Positions 19,236-29,553 are shown, counted from the stretch's first letter. The stretch: DNA of 64,000 bases from Rhodoferax sp. (GCA_040400575.1 JBBAPX010000009.1:46334-110333), one strand, 5' to 3'. Numbers and translations: made by a program. The notes: a model not told the origin generated them from the sequence alone.

Positions 19236-21244
19236 GCAGGTGTTCCTTCCTTGGTGTGTGTAGGCGCGAGGCTAATCAATAACTGCCGTGCCTTCACTTG
19301 TTGCCCCGGCTGGCAGGCCACCGCCGTGACCGTGCTGTCTACGCCGCTACTGATGGCAAATTCCATTTTCATGGCCTCTAGCACCGCCAAGGTCTGGCCT
19401 TTGCTAATCGTATCGCCGGGCTGCACCAGTACTTTCAAAATTTTGCCGTCCATGGGCGCCAGCATGCGCCCGTCGCTCCCTACTGCGTCTTTGCTGGCCG
19501 GGGCCAAGGTAATGTCGGTGTAGCCCAGTGTCAGGCCGGCGTGCGCGAGATGCACGCTGTTTTGCGCTAGCGCATAGTCGGCCTTGGCACTCAGGCCTTG
19601 GTGCATAAAGCGCAGCGAAGGCGCCTGCATGGAGAGGATGTCCAGGTCATGCGTTTGCCCGTCCAACTGCACGCGGTATGCACCACGGCCCAGCGCGGCC
19701 ACGGTCACGCGCAGCTTGCGCTCGCCACATTGCAGCAACAGCGGCACTTGCGCTGGGGCCGAGCTTTGCCACTCCAGAAGTTCAGCATCCAAACCGGCAT
19801 CGGCCTGCAAAGCCAATGCCTGGCTGCGGTACATCAGCACCGCAGCCAGCGCGCTATGCAAGGCAGTGGGTGCGCGGCTGGCGGCAAAGCTTTCGGGGCA
19901 GAGATGTTCGGCAATAAAGCCGGTAGAAAAATCGCCCGCTGCAAACACCGGGTGCGCGATGATCTGGCGCAGGTAGTCCCGGTTGCTGGTTACGCCCAGC
20001 AATACGGTGTGGTCCAGCATGTGCAAGAGCGTGCGGCAGGCTTGTTCGCGCGTGCCGCCGCTGGCAATTAGCTTGGCCTGCATGGAGTCGTAATACGGTG
20101 ACACCTCGCCGCCTTGGCGCAAGCCGTGGTCGCTGCGCATGCCCGGACCTTGCGGCGCTTGCCAGGCCAAAACCGGGCCGGTTTGGGGTAGAAAATTATT
20201 GGCCGCGTCTTCGGTACACAGTCGCACCTCGATAGCCCAGCCTTTGCGCCGCGCGTTGATGGCCTCTTGCGCCAGCGGTAGCGCCTCGCCTTGGGCCACG
20301 CGCAATTGCCATTCCACCAGGTCCAGGTCATAGACGATTTCGGTTACCGGGTGCTCCACCTGCAAGCGGGTGTTCATTTCCAGGAAATAAAAACTCCCAT
20401 CACGGGCCAGCATAAATTCCACCGTGCCCGCGCCTACATAGTTAACCGCTCGCGCTGCAGCCACCGCGGCCGCGCCCATGCGTGCGCGCAGGGCCTCGTC
20501 CACTGCTGGGCTGGGCGCTTCTTCGACGACTTTTTGGTTGCGCCTTTGCACCGAGCAATCGCGCTCGCCGATGTGCACCACATGGCCGTGTCGGTCACCA
20601 AAGACTTGGATCTCGACATGGCGCGCATGCAGTACGGCTTTTTCGATGAGTAATTGCCCGTCGCCAAAAGCGTTGGTGGCTTCGCTGCGTGCGGACTGGA
20701 TGCTGGCCAATAGGTCCGCCGCATCGTGCACCAAACGCATACCCCGGCCGCCACCGCCAGCAGCCGCTTTCACCATCACAGGCAGGCCTACTTTCAATGC
20801 CTCGGCCACCAGGGTGTCGTCGCTTTGGTCATCGCCCTGATAGCCGGGTACGCAGGGCACACCGGCGGCCAGCATGCGGATCTTGGAGGCACTTTTATTA
20901 CCCATGGCGTCAATCGCTTGGGGGTCCGGGCCGATGAACACTAGGCCGGCGTCTTGCACCGCTTGGGCAAAAGCAGCCCGCTCGGATAAAAAACCATAGC
21001 CCGGATGGATGGCACCCGCGCCGCTGCTAATGGCGGCGGCAATTAATGTGTCTATGGATAAATAGGATTCCTGCGCTGGCGCCGGGCCGATGCAAATCGC
21101 TTCATCGGCCAGGGCTACGTGCGGGGCATCGCGGTCGGCTTCAGAATACACCGCTACCGTGCGGTAGCCCATGCGGCGGCAGCCCGCAATGATGCGTACG
21201 GCGATCTCGCCTCGGTTGGCAATCAATACTTTGTCAAACAACAT
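19232..21244 (-). CDS. Biotin-dependent acyl-CoA carboxylase alpha subunit (geranyl-/methylcrotonyl-CoA carboxylase; AtuF-like)
   Basis: ANRGEIAVR, HPGYGFLSE, GGGGRGM, EMNTRLQVEH, biotin site EAMKM. Confidence 0.93.
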   Translation of the reverse strand: MLFDKVLIANRGEIAVRIIAGCRRMGYRTVAVYSEADRDAPHVALADEAICIGPAPAQESYLSIDTLIAAAISSGAGAIHPGYGFLSERAAFAQAVQDAGLVFIGPDPQAIDAMGNKSASKIRMLAAGVPCVPGYQGDDQSDDTLVAEALKVGLPVMVKAAAGGGGRGMRLVHDAADLLASIQSARSEATNAFGDGQLLIEKAVLHARHVEIQVFGDRHGHVVHIGERDCSVQRRNQKVVEEAPSPAVDEALRARMGAAAVAAARAVNYVGAGTVEFMLARDGSFYFLEMNTRLQVEHPVTEIVYDLDLVEWQLRVAQGEALPLAQEAINARRKGWAIEVRLCTEDAANNFLPQTGPVLAWQAPQGPGMRSDHGLRQGGEVSPYYDSMQAKLIASGGTREQACRTLLHMLDHTVLLGVTSNRDYLRQIIAHPVFAAGDFSTGFIAEHLCPESFAASRAPTALHSALAAVLMYRSQALALQADAGLDAELLEWQSSAPAQVPLLLQCGERKLRVTVAALGRGAYRVQLDGQTHDLDILSMQAPSLRFMHQGLSAKADYALAQNSVHLAHAGLTLGYTDITLAPASKDAVGSDGRMLAPMDGKILKVLVQPGDTISKGQTLAVLEAMKMEFAISSGVDSTVTAVACQPGQQVKARQLLISLAPTHTKEGTPA

Positions 21245-21259
21245 ATGTGGCCACCTTAC

Positions 21260-22885
21260 TCAAAAACGCGCCACGCCAAAGCTGCTGGGCTTGAGCGGGC
21301 GGGTGCGGCCTTCGCGGCAAATGGACAGGGTCATGGCCAGCACGCGGCGGGTGTCGCGCGGGTCAATCAGGCCGTCGTCGTACAGACGGGAGGTGCCGGC
21401 CAAGGCCTGCGAGTCACGATCAAACTGGTGGATGACGGCGCCTTCCATAAAGGCAAATTTACTTTCCTCCTCGGCTGTGGGTTCGCGACCCTCTTTCAGA
21501 ATTTTTTCGCGGTTGACAATGGACAAGACCTTCGCCGCTTGCTCGCCACCCATCACGGCCGTGCGCGCATTGGGCCAAGCAAAAATAAAGTCGGGCCGAA
21601 AGCCGCGCCCGGACATGCCGTAATTGCCCGCACCAAAGGAGGCGCCTATCACCACCGTAATGCGCGGCACCCGCACATTGGCCACCGCCTGAATCATTTT
21701 GCTGCCATGCTTGACGATGCCGCCTTGCTCGCTTTCGGTGCCCACCATATAGCCGGTGGTGTTCATCAAAAACACCAGCGGAATATCGGCCTGATCACAC
21801 AGCTGGATGAACTGCCCGGCCTTGGTCGCGCCCTTGGCGGTAATGGGTCCGTTGTTGCCTAAGATGCCCACTTGCATGCCGTGAATGCGTGCACGCCCGC
21901 AGATGGTCTGCTTGTCGTATTCGCTTTTGAAGTCCAAAAAATCGCTGCCGTCCACCAGGCGCGCGATCACTTCGCGGCAGTCATAAGGCTGGCGATAGTC
22001 CACTGGCACCACGCCACACAATTCTTCAGGGCTGTACAGCGGCGCTTGTACCGGCGCATCGGCAAACTGCGGGCGCTGCTTATTCCAGTCCAGGCTGGCC
22101 ATCACCTCGCGCGCCAGGCGTATGCCGTCGGCATCGCTTTCGGCCAAAAATTCGGCGGTGCCGGTGACTTGGGCGTGCATCTCTGCGCCACCGAGTTCCT
22201 CGTCGCCAGCAATTTCGCCGGTGGCCGCTTTCAGTAGCGGCGGCCCGGCCAGAAATACCTTGGCGTTTTTGCGCACCATGATGGTGTAGTCCGACAAGCC
22301 CGGCACATACGCGCCGCCCGCCGTACTCGACCCATGCACCACGGTAATTTGCGGCACCCCCGCTGCCGACAACATGGCTTGGTTTGCAAAAGTGGTGCCA
22401 CCGTCAATGAAGATTTCGGCTTGGTAGAGCAAATTGGCGCCACCCGATTCCAGCAGGCTAACAATGGGCAACTTTTGCTTCATCGCAATGTCTTGCATGC
22501 GCAGGCTTTTGCGCAAACCCCAGGGCGTGATCGTGCCGCCTTTGATGGCGCTGTTAGACGCGGTCACCATGGTGCGTACGCCGCAGACATAGCCTATGCC
22601 ACAAATACTGTTGCCCCCGGCCAGCGAGCCATCTTTGTCGTCGTGTTGCTTGTAGCCAGCCAGGGTGGAGATTTCCAGAAAAGGCGTGCCCCGGTCTAGC
22701 AGCAGGTTGACCCGCTCGCGCGGCATGAGCTGCCCGCGTTTGTGGAACTTGGGCTGTTTTTCCGCCTCGGTGGCGCGCACTTTATCCTCCACGGTGCGCA
22801 CCCCGGAAAGGGCTTTGAGCATGTCTTCGCGGTTGCGCACAAAGGCCTCGCCAAGGGCGTCCACTTGGCTCTCTATCACGGGCAT
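21260..22885 (-). CDS. Acyl-CoA carboxylase carboxyltransferase subunit (AtuC-like)
   Basis: RERVNLLLD, ESGGANL, GSSTAGGAY, ASFGAGNYGMSGR. Confidence 0.92.
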   Translation of the reverse strand: MPVIESQVDALGEAFVRNREDMLKALSGVRTVEDKVRATEAEKQPKFHKRGQLMPRERVNLLLDRGTPFLEISTLAGYKQHDDKDGSLAGGNSICGIGYVCGVRTMVTASNSAIKGGTITPWGLRKSLRMQDIAMKQKLPIVSLLESGGANLLYQAEIFIDGGTTFANQAMLSAAGVPQITVVHGSSTAGGAYVPGLSDYTIMVRKNAKVFLAGPPLLKAATGEIAGDEELGGAEMHAQVTGTAEFLAESDADGIRLAREVMASLDWNKQRPQFADAPVQAPLYSPEELCGVVPVDYRQPYDCREVIARLVDGSDFLDFKSEYDKQTICGRARIHGMQVGILGNNGPITAKGATKAGQFIQLCDQADIPLVFLMNTTGYMVGTESEQGGIVKHGSKMIQAVANVRVPRITVVIGASFGAGNYGMSGRGFRPDFIFAWPNARTAVMGGEQAAKVLSIVNREKILKEGREPTAEEESKFAFMEGAVIHQFDRDSQALAGTSRLYDDGLIDPRDTRRVLAMTLSICREGRTRPLKPSSFGVARF

Positions 22886-22945
22886 GTCTGAACTCCTCTT
22901 TGTATAAGGGCACCGGGCTGTGGGCCGCTGGCGCTGTTTGAATGC

Positions 22946-22957
22946 ATCTTATAAGAT
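22946..22957. promoter_or_regulatory. Perfect 12-bp palindrome, candidate operator
   Basis: ATCTTATAAGAT in the divergent intergenic region, about 60 bp upstream of the carboxyltransferase start. Confidence 0.45.
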
Positions 22958-23123
22958 TCATGACGTGGCCGGCCTCGGGTTTGCCGGGTGGCGGGTCGGT
23001 GTAGGCCAAGGCTAGGTCCGCGCTGTCGCGTGCAGGACAATGGGACCGCAGACCCACTGCTACAACTCTTTGCAACGTGGCGCCCGTATCCAGGTGCTGC
23101 GCAGGCTTTTCAAAGGACCCCAC

Positions 23124-23438
23124 ATGAGCGATATAGCGGTTTATGGCGTAGTTAATCTGCAAGTGAGCGATGCAGTGGCTTACCGCCAGTATGAAAAAGG
23201 CTTTTTTCCCATACTTAAGCGCTATGGCGGCGAGTTCATCACTTTTGATGATGCGCCGGTGCACCTGGAAGGCACGGCACCACGCGCCGGACGCATGATT
23301 ATTTTCAAATTTCCGTCCGAAGAAAAAGCCCAGGCCTGGTTTGCCGACCCGGAGTACCAAGCCCTGTCCGAACACCGCCGCGCCGGTACCGCGCTGGAGT
23401 TTTTAACGCTGGTGCGTGGGCTGCCGCCCCGTGCTTGA
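23124..23438 (+). CDS. DUF1330-family protein
   Basis: Y..Y......ILKRYGGEF, IIFKFPSEEKAQAWFADPEYQ...HR; start re-called to 23124. Confidence 0.85.
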   Translation: MSDIAVYGVVNLQVSDAVAYRQYEKGFFPILKRYGGEFITFDDAPVHLEGTAPRAGRMIIFKFPSEEKAQAWFADPEYQALSEHRRAGTALEFLTLVRGLPPRA

Positions 23439-23448
23439 GGCCTGCGCT

Positions 23449-24219
23449 ATGTCTCAATCCAAAGTTTGCCTCGTCATCGGCGCGGGCGATGCCACCGGTG
23501 GCGCCGTGGCCCGCCGCTTTGCCCGCGAGGGCTACACCGTCTGCGCCACGCGGCGCAGCCTGGACAAACTGCAGCCCCTGCTAGAGCAAATCCGTACAGG
23601 GGGCGGCATAGCGCACGGCTTTGGCTCGGATGCGCGCAAAGAAGACGAAGTTATTGCGCTGGTAGAGCACATTGAGGCGCAGATCGGGCCGATAGAGGTA
23701 TTGGTGTTCAACATCGGTGCCAACTCGCCGAATAGCATCCTGACCGAGACCGCACGCCGCTACACCAAGATGTGGGAAATGGCTTGCCTGGCCGGCTTTT
23801 TGACCGGCCGCGAAGTAGCCAAGCGCATGGTGGCGCGGCCTGACGCGAATGCGGACGCCCAAAGCGGGCGGGGCGTGGCGCACAAGGGCAGCATCATCTT
23901 TACCGGGGCCACCGCCTCACTGCGCGGCAGCGCGAACTTTGCCGGTTTTTCCGGCGGCAAGATGGCCTTGCGCGCCCTGGCCCAAAGCATGGCCCGCGAA
24001 CTGTGGCCGATGGGCGTCCACGTAGCTCACACCATCATCGACGGTGCCATCGACACCGAATTCATCCGCACCCTGTTCCCTGAGCGCTACGCCCTGAAAG
24101 CGCAAGACGGCATCCTCAACCCGGACCACATCGCCGACGCCTACTGGATGCTGCACCAACAGCCTCGCGACGCCTGGACGCATGAGCTGGACTTACGGCC
24201 TTATATGGAGAATTTTTGA
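23449..24219 (+). CDS. Short-chain dehydrogenase/reductase (atypical SDR)
   Basis: VIGAGDATGGAVARRF, FTGATAS, GGKMALRALAQSMAREL; start re-called to 23449. Confidence 0.9.
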   Translation: MSQSKVCLVIGAGDATGGAVARRFAREGYTVCATRRSLDKLQPLLEQIRTGGGIAHGFGSDARKEDEVIALVEHIEAQIGPIEVLVFNIGANSPNSILTETARRYTKMWEMACLAGFLTGREVAKRMVARPDANADAQSGRGVAHKGSIIFTGATASLRGSANFAGFSGGKMALRALAQSMARELWPMGVHVAHTIIDGAIDTEFIRTLFPERYALKAQDGILNPDHIADAYWMLHQQPRDAWTHELDLRPYMENF

Positions 24220-24388
24220 GGGGTGCCAGCATGCTTTCAATGGCCTTGGAAATGATTCCAAAGTATATTTGGCAGCTATGCGCCTTAATTCCCCTCAACG
24301 CCGTGCACTACCGCGAGGTATTTGCTCCCTGGGCCTCAGGTCGATGGAAAAAACTCTCACATCGGCCGACTATTGGAACGTCAATACC

Positions 24389-25954
24389 ATGCGTGCACTT
24401 TTCTTCATCATTCTTTTCATTATCGGTTTACCTGCGGATGTATCTGCGGCTGAAGCCACGATGGGAAAAGGCCCGGCAATCGATTGGATAAAGCCCGAGG
24501 GCGCTAATGTCGAGCCCATCTTTGCACAGGCCCGCCAAAGTAATAAACCGGTGTTCCTCTATTGGGGTGCGGTGTGGTGTCCGCCCTGCAATCAAATAAA
24601 GACAGATGTATTTAGCCGTCCCGATTTTGCCGAGCGCAGCAAGCAGTTTGTCGCGGTATATATAGACGGGGACAGCCCAGGCGCCCAAAAACTGGGCGCG
24701 CAATTCAAGGTAAGGGGATACCCGACCATGATCTTGTTCAAACCAGATGCCAGCGAGCTAACGCGTATTCCCGGTGAGGTGGATGCGGCGCGCTATCTAG
24801 AGGTTTTGGACCTGGCGCTGGCTTCTAGCAGCAGCGTCAAGGAATCCTTGTCCATCGCCTTGGGTGCCCAGTCGGCGGGTCTTAAACCTTCTGCCTGGCG
24901 ACAACTTGCGTTTTATGCCTGGGAGCAAGACCAAGCCCAGTTGGTTTCGGACAAAGAGCGCACCCGTACATTGAATACTTTGGCCCGCAATTGCCTTCCT
25001 GCAGAAAGCGAGGCTTGTACGCGGTTGTTGTTCAAATCGGTCATCAGTGCCCATATGGAAAATGTTCCAGCCTCGGCGCGAGAACAGGCACTGGTACGCA
25101 TCCGTGAGGTGTTAGCGGATCCCGCATTAACGCGCACGAATTTTGATGTCTTGCAATACTACGGTAACGACCTGATCGCCGCGCTTAGCGCCAAGACAAG
25201 CCCAGATCGCACTGCATTGGTCCCTGCCATGTCGTCCGCCTTCGATAGGCTGGGCAAGGATGCATCCTTATCACGCTCGGAGCGCCTGGGGGCATTGCAA
25301 GCCAAGGTAGAACTGGCCCGCATCGATCTGCCACCAGGTGCTAGCCTCGCCATCGCCCCTTCGCTCATCGCGCAGGTTCGCAATGAAGTGGCAACGGTCG
25401 ATCGGGACAGTACCCAAGCGCATGAGCGCCAAGCACTGATTCCCAATGCCGCTCATTTGCTCGCACTGGTCGGACTCTTGGACGAGTCGGATAACTTGTT
25501 AAAAACCGAACTGCCAAAGGCCATCGCACCCTATTACCACATGCTGGTTTTGGCCTCCAACGCCAAAAAACGAGGTGACAAGCAGGGCGCACTCAACTGG
25601 TCTGAGCGTGCTTGGAAGGAGTCTGCCGGCCCTGCTACACGAATGCAGTGGGGTAGCGGCCATGTCAGCAAACTCATCGAGTTGGCACCGCAGGATAGTG
25701 CACGGATTGAGAAAGCAGCAGCCGGCGTCATTGGTGAACTAAGCCCTAGCCCTGAGATTTTTTATGAGCGCAATAGTCGTACTTTGACGCGTATGGGTAA
25801 ACAACTGCAGGAATGGAGCGACAAGGGTCAGCATGGAGATGTCATCCATAAACTTGCGGCACAGATTGAACAAGTTTGTTCCAAGCTACCCGTCAAGGAT
25901 GATTCCCGCAAATCCTGTAATGAGGTTTTTAAAAAATTTAAAGCGAAGGGCTAG
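24389..25954 (+). CDS. Exported thioredoxin-family protein with long helical C-terminal region
   Basis: Signal peptide, WGAVWCPPC, GYPTM cis-Pro loop; start re-called to 24389. Confidence 0.78.
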   Translation: MRALFFIILFIIGLPADVSAAEATMGKGPAIDWIKPEGANVEPIFAQARQSNKPVFLYWGAVWCPPCNQIKTDVFSRPDFAERSKQFVAVYIDGDSPGAQKLGAQFKVRGYPTMILFKPDASELTRIPGEVDAARYLEVLDLALASSSSVKESLSIALGAQSAGLKPSAWRQLAFYAWEQDQAQLVSDKERTRTLNTLARNCLPAESEACTRLLFKSVISAHMENVPASAREQALVRIREVLADPALTRTNFDVLQYYGNDLIAALSAKTSPDRTALVPAMSSAFDRLGKDASLSRSERLGALQAKVELARIDLPPGASLAIAPSLIAQVRNEVATVDRDSTQAHERQALIPNAAHLLALVGLLDESDNLLKTELPKAIAPYYHMLVLASNAKKRGDKQGALNWSERAWKESAGPATRMQWGSGHVSKLIELAPQDSARIEKAAAGVIGELSPSPEIFYERNSRTLTRMGKQLQEWSDKGQHGDVIHKLAAQIEQVCSKLPVKDDSRKSCNEVFKKFKAKG

Positions 25955-25956
25955 CA

Positions 25957-27954
25957 GTGCATTTATCAGTTAGGCGACTCAGTCGGCAAACCGCATTTAT
26001 TTTTGCCATCGGAATTTTTTGCATGCAGCCATCGATGGCGCAAATCTTCCTGCCCAATGCAAATTTGAAAGCCGAGAGCATCCCTCCGGTGAGCATGGCT
26101 CTCGTCAAAAGGGTAGACCCCTACACAGAATTTAGGACCCACAGTTTTGCAGCTTGGCACCCCACCCAACCGCATATGCTGGTGCGTCACCGAGAAAAAG
26201 GGACCGACGTATCCCAGCTTTTTTGGTTGCGCGAGCCCGGGGGAGCCTTGGAGAAAATTACAGATTTCTCCGATCCCGCTGGCGCCGCTGCGTTTAACCC
26301 AGTACATGGCAATTATTTGGTTTACGGTAGTTCCAAAGGGGGAAGTGAGGCCGCCCGAATTTACCGGTACGACTTGGAAAGCAAAGTTTCCACGCTGCTG
26401 TCTTCTCCCAACGAGCGAAGTTCCTTTACCTGGAGCAACCATGGCGAAAAAATTCTGGTTGCCGCAGTGCCTATAGATTTAACCGCCAGCCAGGGCACAC
26501 GGACGGAAATATCGACGACGATTACCTTGGTTGACCCTCTGCAAGTTGCGCCTAATCGGGAACTGGCTAGTCTGCCTGGCGGTGGATGGGGTGGTTTTCG
26601 GTTTAGTCCGGACGATAAGCAAATTGCATCCATCCTATACCGCAGCCCCTCCGATAGCGAGATATGGATAGTGGATATCGAAAACGGGAAACGCGAGCGA
26701 GTGCTACCGCGCCCGGGAGGATCAAGCGCCGGTTATGGCGATGTGCGTTGGAGCAAAGATCAAGACAGTATTTTCTTCACCAGCAATCAGGGTACTGAAT
26801 TTTTTCAGCTTTGGCGCTTAGATTTGCAAACGGGTAGCCTGAAAAATTTGTCGAACCACATTCCCTGGGACATACAGGGGATCAGCCTATCGCATGATGG
26901 ACGCCACCTTTTGGCTGAAGTGAATAACAACGGTAGCGATGAAGTACGCCTTTTTGACGCAAAGTCCGGTTTGGAGCTGCCCAGACCCACCATCGGAATT
27001 GGATCGCTGGGCGGCCTGACTTGGCACAAGGCCAATAAAAATTTGTTTGCCTATACGATGAATTCACCCCAAAGTCCCAGTGATGTGTACACCTATGACC
27101 TTAGCACTGCACGCACCCAGCGCTGGACTAGCGCGTATTTTTCGCCTGAATTGGACCCGCAAAACTTTGTTTCTCCGGAGCTTGTGCAAATCAAGAGTTT
27201 TGATGGACTGCTCATTAGCGGTTGGCTGTATTTGCCGGACGCCCGAAAATTCCCTGGTAAGCGCCCGGTGCTTATGGATTTTCATGGTGGGCCGGAAGGT
27301 CAGGCCAGGGTGCAGTTTATGGGGCGGTGGAATTACTATTTGAATGAACTTGGGGTATCTATATTCCTACCTAACGTGCGCGGCTCAAGTGGCTATGGAA
27401 AGCAATATTTAAGCCTCGACAATGGATTCTTGCGAAAAGATTCAGTGAAAGATGGCGGGATGTTTTTAGACTGGCTGCGCGTACATCCGCGTATTGATGG
27501 TAGCCGCGCTGCGGTGTCAGGCGGAAGCTATGGCGGGTATATGAGTTTGGCCATGACGGTGGACTACGGTAGCAAGCTGCGCGGCGCCATTGATGTGGTG
27601 GGCATCAGTAATTTTGTTAGCTTTTTAAAAAATACCGAAAGTTACCGGCGGGACTTGCGGCGCGTGGAGTACGGCGATGAGCGCGACCCCGCTATGCGTG
27701 CCTTTCAGGAAAAAATTGCACCGCTCTATAACGCCGATGCCATCCGCATCCCCTTGCTGGTAGTTCATGGGAAAAACGACCCCAGGGTACCCTACACAGA
27801 AGCGCAACAAATGGTGGAAGCAGTGCGCAAAAACGGTGTGCAAGCCTGGTACCTGCTTGCGGACAACGAAGGACATGGTTTTGCGCGCAAAGCAAATGCC
27901 GACTACCAGTTTTACACCAGCGTAATGTTTCTTGAATCTGTGCTTCTGAAATGA
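25957..27954 (+). CDS. Exported S9 (prolyl oligopeptidase) family peptidase
   Basis: Beta-propeller N-terminus; HGGPE, GGSYGG, HGKNDPRV, EGHGF triad motifs. Confidence 0.92.
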   Translation: MHLSVRRLSRQTAFIFAIGIFCMQPSMAQIFLPNANLKAESIPPVSMALVKRVDPYTEFRTHSFAAWHPTQPHMLVRHREKGTDVSQLFWLREPGGALEKITDFSDPAGAAAFNPVHGNYLVYGSSKGGSEAARIYRYDLESKVSTLLSSPNERSSFTWSNHGEKILVAAVPIDLTASQGTRTEISTTITLVDPLQVAPNRELASLPGGGWGGFRFSPDDKQIASILYRSPSDSEIWIVDIENGKRERVLPRPGGSSAGYGDVRWSKDQDSIFFTSNQGTEFFQLWRLDLQTGSLKNLSNHIPWDIQGISLSHDGRHLLAEVNNNGSDEVRLFDAKSGLELPRPTIGIGSLGGLTWHKANKNLFAYTMNSPQSPSDVYTYDLSTARTQRWTSAYFSPELDPQNFVSPELVQIKSFDGLLISGWLYLPDARKFPGKRPVLMDFHGGPEGQARVQFMGRWNYYLNELGVSIFLPNVRGSSGYGKQYLSLDNGFLRKDSVKDGGMFLDWLRVHPRIDGSRAAVSGGSYGGYMSLAMTVDYGSKLRGAIDVVGISNFVSFLKNTESYRRDLRRVEYGDERDPAMRAFQEKIAPLYNADAIRIPLLVVHGKNDPRVPYTEAQQMVEAVRKNGVQAWYLLADNEGHGFARKANADYQFYTSVMFLESVLLK

Positions 27955-28036
27955 CGGACGGGGGCGATAGATTTGAGCTGCTCCCAGTTACCATGCCGCT
28001 TTAGGCGCTGCATACCGCAGGCCGGCAGGAGAAATA

Positions 28037-28741
28037 GTGATGCCTTTCAAAGCGGTAGTGTTCGATGCCTATGGCACCTTGTTCGACGTGTATTCGGTGC
28101 AGCATCTGGCCGAACAATTGTTTCCAGGCAAGGGCGCCGCGCTAGCGCTGGCTTGGCGGGATAAGCAAATCGAGTACACGCGCCTGATTACCCAGTCCGA
28201 CCCGGACCCGGCCAAGGGCAGTCGCTTTTACCAATCGTTTTGGGATGTGACGCGGCGGTCCTTGCACTACTGCCTGGACCGACTGAAATTGGACTGGAGC
28301 CATGGGCAGGACAAGGCCTTAATGGGTCAATACGCCAAGCTCAGTGCTTTCCCGGAAAACCTGGTGGTTTTGCGCAGCATCAAGCGCCACGGCCTGACCA
28401 CGGCCATCTTGTCCAACGGCAGCCCGCAGATGCTGGACTCTGCGGTGCACAGTGCCGGCATGGCCGGTTTGCTTGACCATGTCATTTCCGTCGATGGCAT
28501 ACGCCTGTTCAAAACTGCGCCGCAGGCTTATGCCCTGGTACAAGAATCGATAGCATTGCCACTGGAGCAAATTCTGTTTGTCTCCAGCAATGCCTGGGAC
28601 GCTTTAGGTGCTAATTGGTTTGGCTTACGTACGCATTGGGTCAACCGGCAGGGCCTGCCCTTTGAAGCGCTAGAGCCCCGGCCCGACTTCAGCGGCGCGG
28701 ACTTGCGATCGGTACTGCAAACTTTGAAACTTGAGGAATAA
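28037..28741 (+). CDS. Haloacid dehalogenase type II (L-2-haloacid dehalogenase-like)
   Basis: FDAYGTLFD, WR.KQIEY, ILSNG, VSSNAWD. Confidence 0.9.
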   Translation: MMPFKAVVFDAYGTLFDVYSVQHLAEQLFPGKGAALALAWRDKQIEYTRLITQSDPDPAKGSRFYQSFWDVTRRSLHYCLDRLKLDWSHGQDKALMGQYAKLSAFPENLVVLRSIKRHGLTTAILSNGSPQMLDSAVHSAGMAGLLDHVISVDGIRLFKTAPQAYALVQESIALPLEQILFVSSNAWDALGANWFGLRTHWVNRQGLPFEALEPRPDFSGADLRSVLQTLKLEE

Positions 28742-28746
28742 AACCT

Positions 28747-29538
28747 ATGCTGGTAAAACAAATTTGGACCGGTAACGACTACCGTAATTTCAACTACCTG
28801 GTCGCCTGCCCTGAAACCGGCGAAGCCTTGGCCATCGACCCATTGGATAGCCAAAAGTGCTTGGCCGCGGCTAAGGAGGCGGGTTGGGAAATCACCCAAA
28901 TTCTCAACACGCATGAGCACCACGACCACATCGACGGCAACCAAGCCATCGTGGACCAAACCGGTGCTGCGGTGCTGGCCCACCACAAAGCCAAAGACAG
29001 TATTCCCGGTATGACGCGCGGGCTTTCAGCTGGCGACATTATCAAAGTGGGTAAGACGGTAGAACTGGAGGCGCTGGATACGCCGGGCCACACCATGTGC
29101 CATATCTGCCTGCGCTCGCACACCGATCAGCCCGCGCTGTTTTCCGGCGACACCATGTTTAACGCCGGTGTGGGCAACTGCCATAACGGCGGTGACCCCG
29201 GTACCATGTACCAGACATTTGCCCAGCAACTGCACGGCCTGCCCGACAACACCTTGGTATACCCGGGTCACGACTATATTGAGAATAATTTGCGCTTCAC
29301 GCTGGACCGCGAACCGGGCAACGCAGCGGCGCAAGCCTTGTTAGACAAAGTGCAAGGACAAAACCCGCAGCAAGCCTATGTCAGCCAACTGGCCGAGGAG
29401 CGCGAAGTCAACACGTTTTTCCGCCTAGGCAGCGCTGGCGTGATCGCCCGTTTGCGCGAGGCCTATGCCGAACTGCCGCCTAACCCGGATGCCATGACCG
29501 TGTTTTTGAAATTGCGCGAACTGCGCAACCGCTGGTAG
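28747..29538 (+). CDS. Hydroxyacylglutathione hydrolase (glyoxalase II)-like metallo-beta-lactamase fold
   Basis: THEHHDH, TPGHT, FSGDT, PGHDY, RFA-like NLRFT. Confidence 0.85.
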   Translation: MLVKQIWTGNDYRNFNYLVACPETGEALAIDPLDSQKCLAAAKEAGWEITQILNTHEHHDHIDGNQAIVDQTGAAVLAHHKAKDSIPGMTRGLSAGDIIKVGKTVELEALDTPGHTMCHICLRSHTDQPALFSGDTMFNAGVGNCHNGGDPGTMYQTFAQQLHGLPDNTLVYPGHDYIENNLRFTLDREPGNAAAQALLDKVQGQNPQQAYVSQLAEEREVNTFFRLGSAGVIARLREAYAELPPNPDAMTVFLKLRELRNRW

Positions 29539-29553
29539 GGGAAAACTGGGGGG

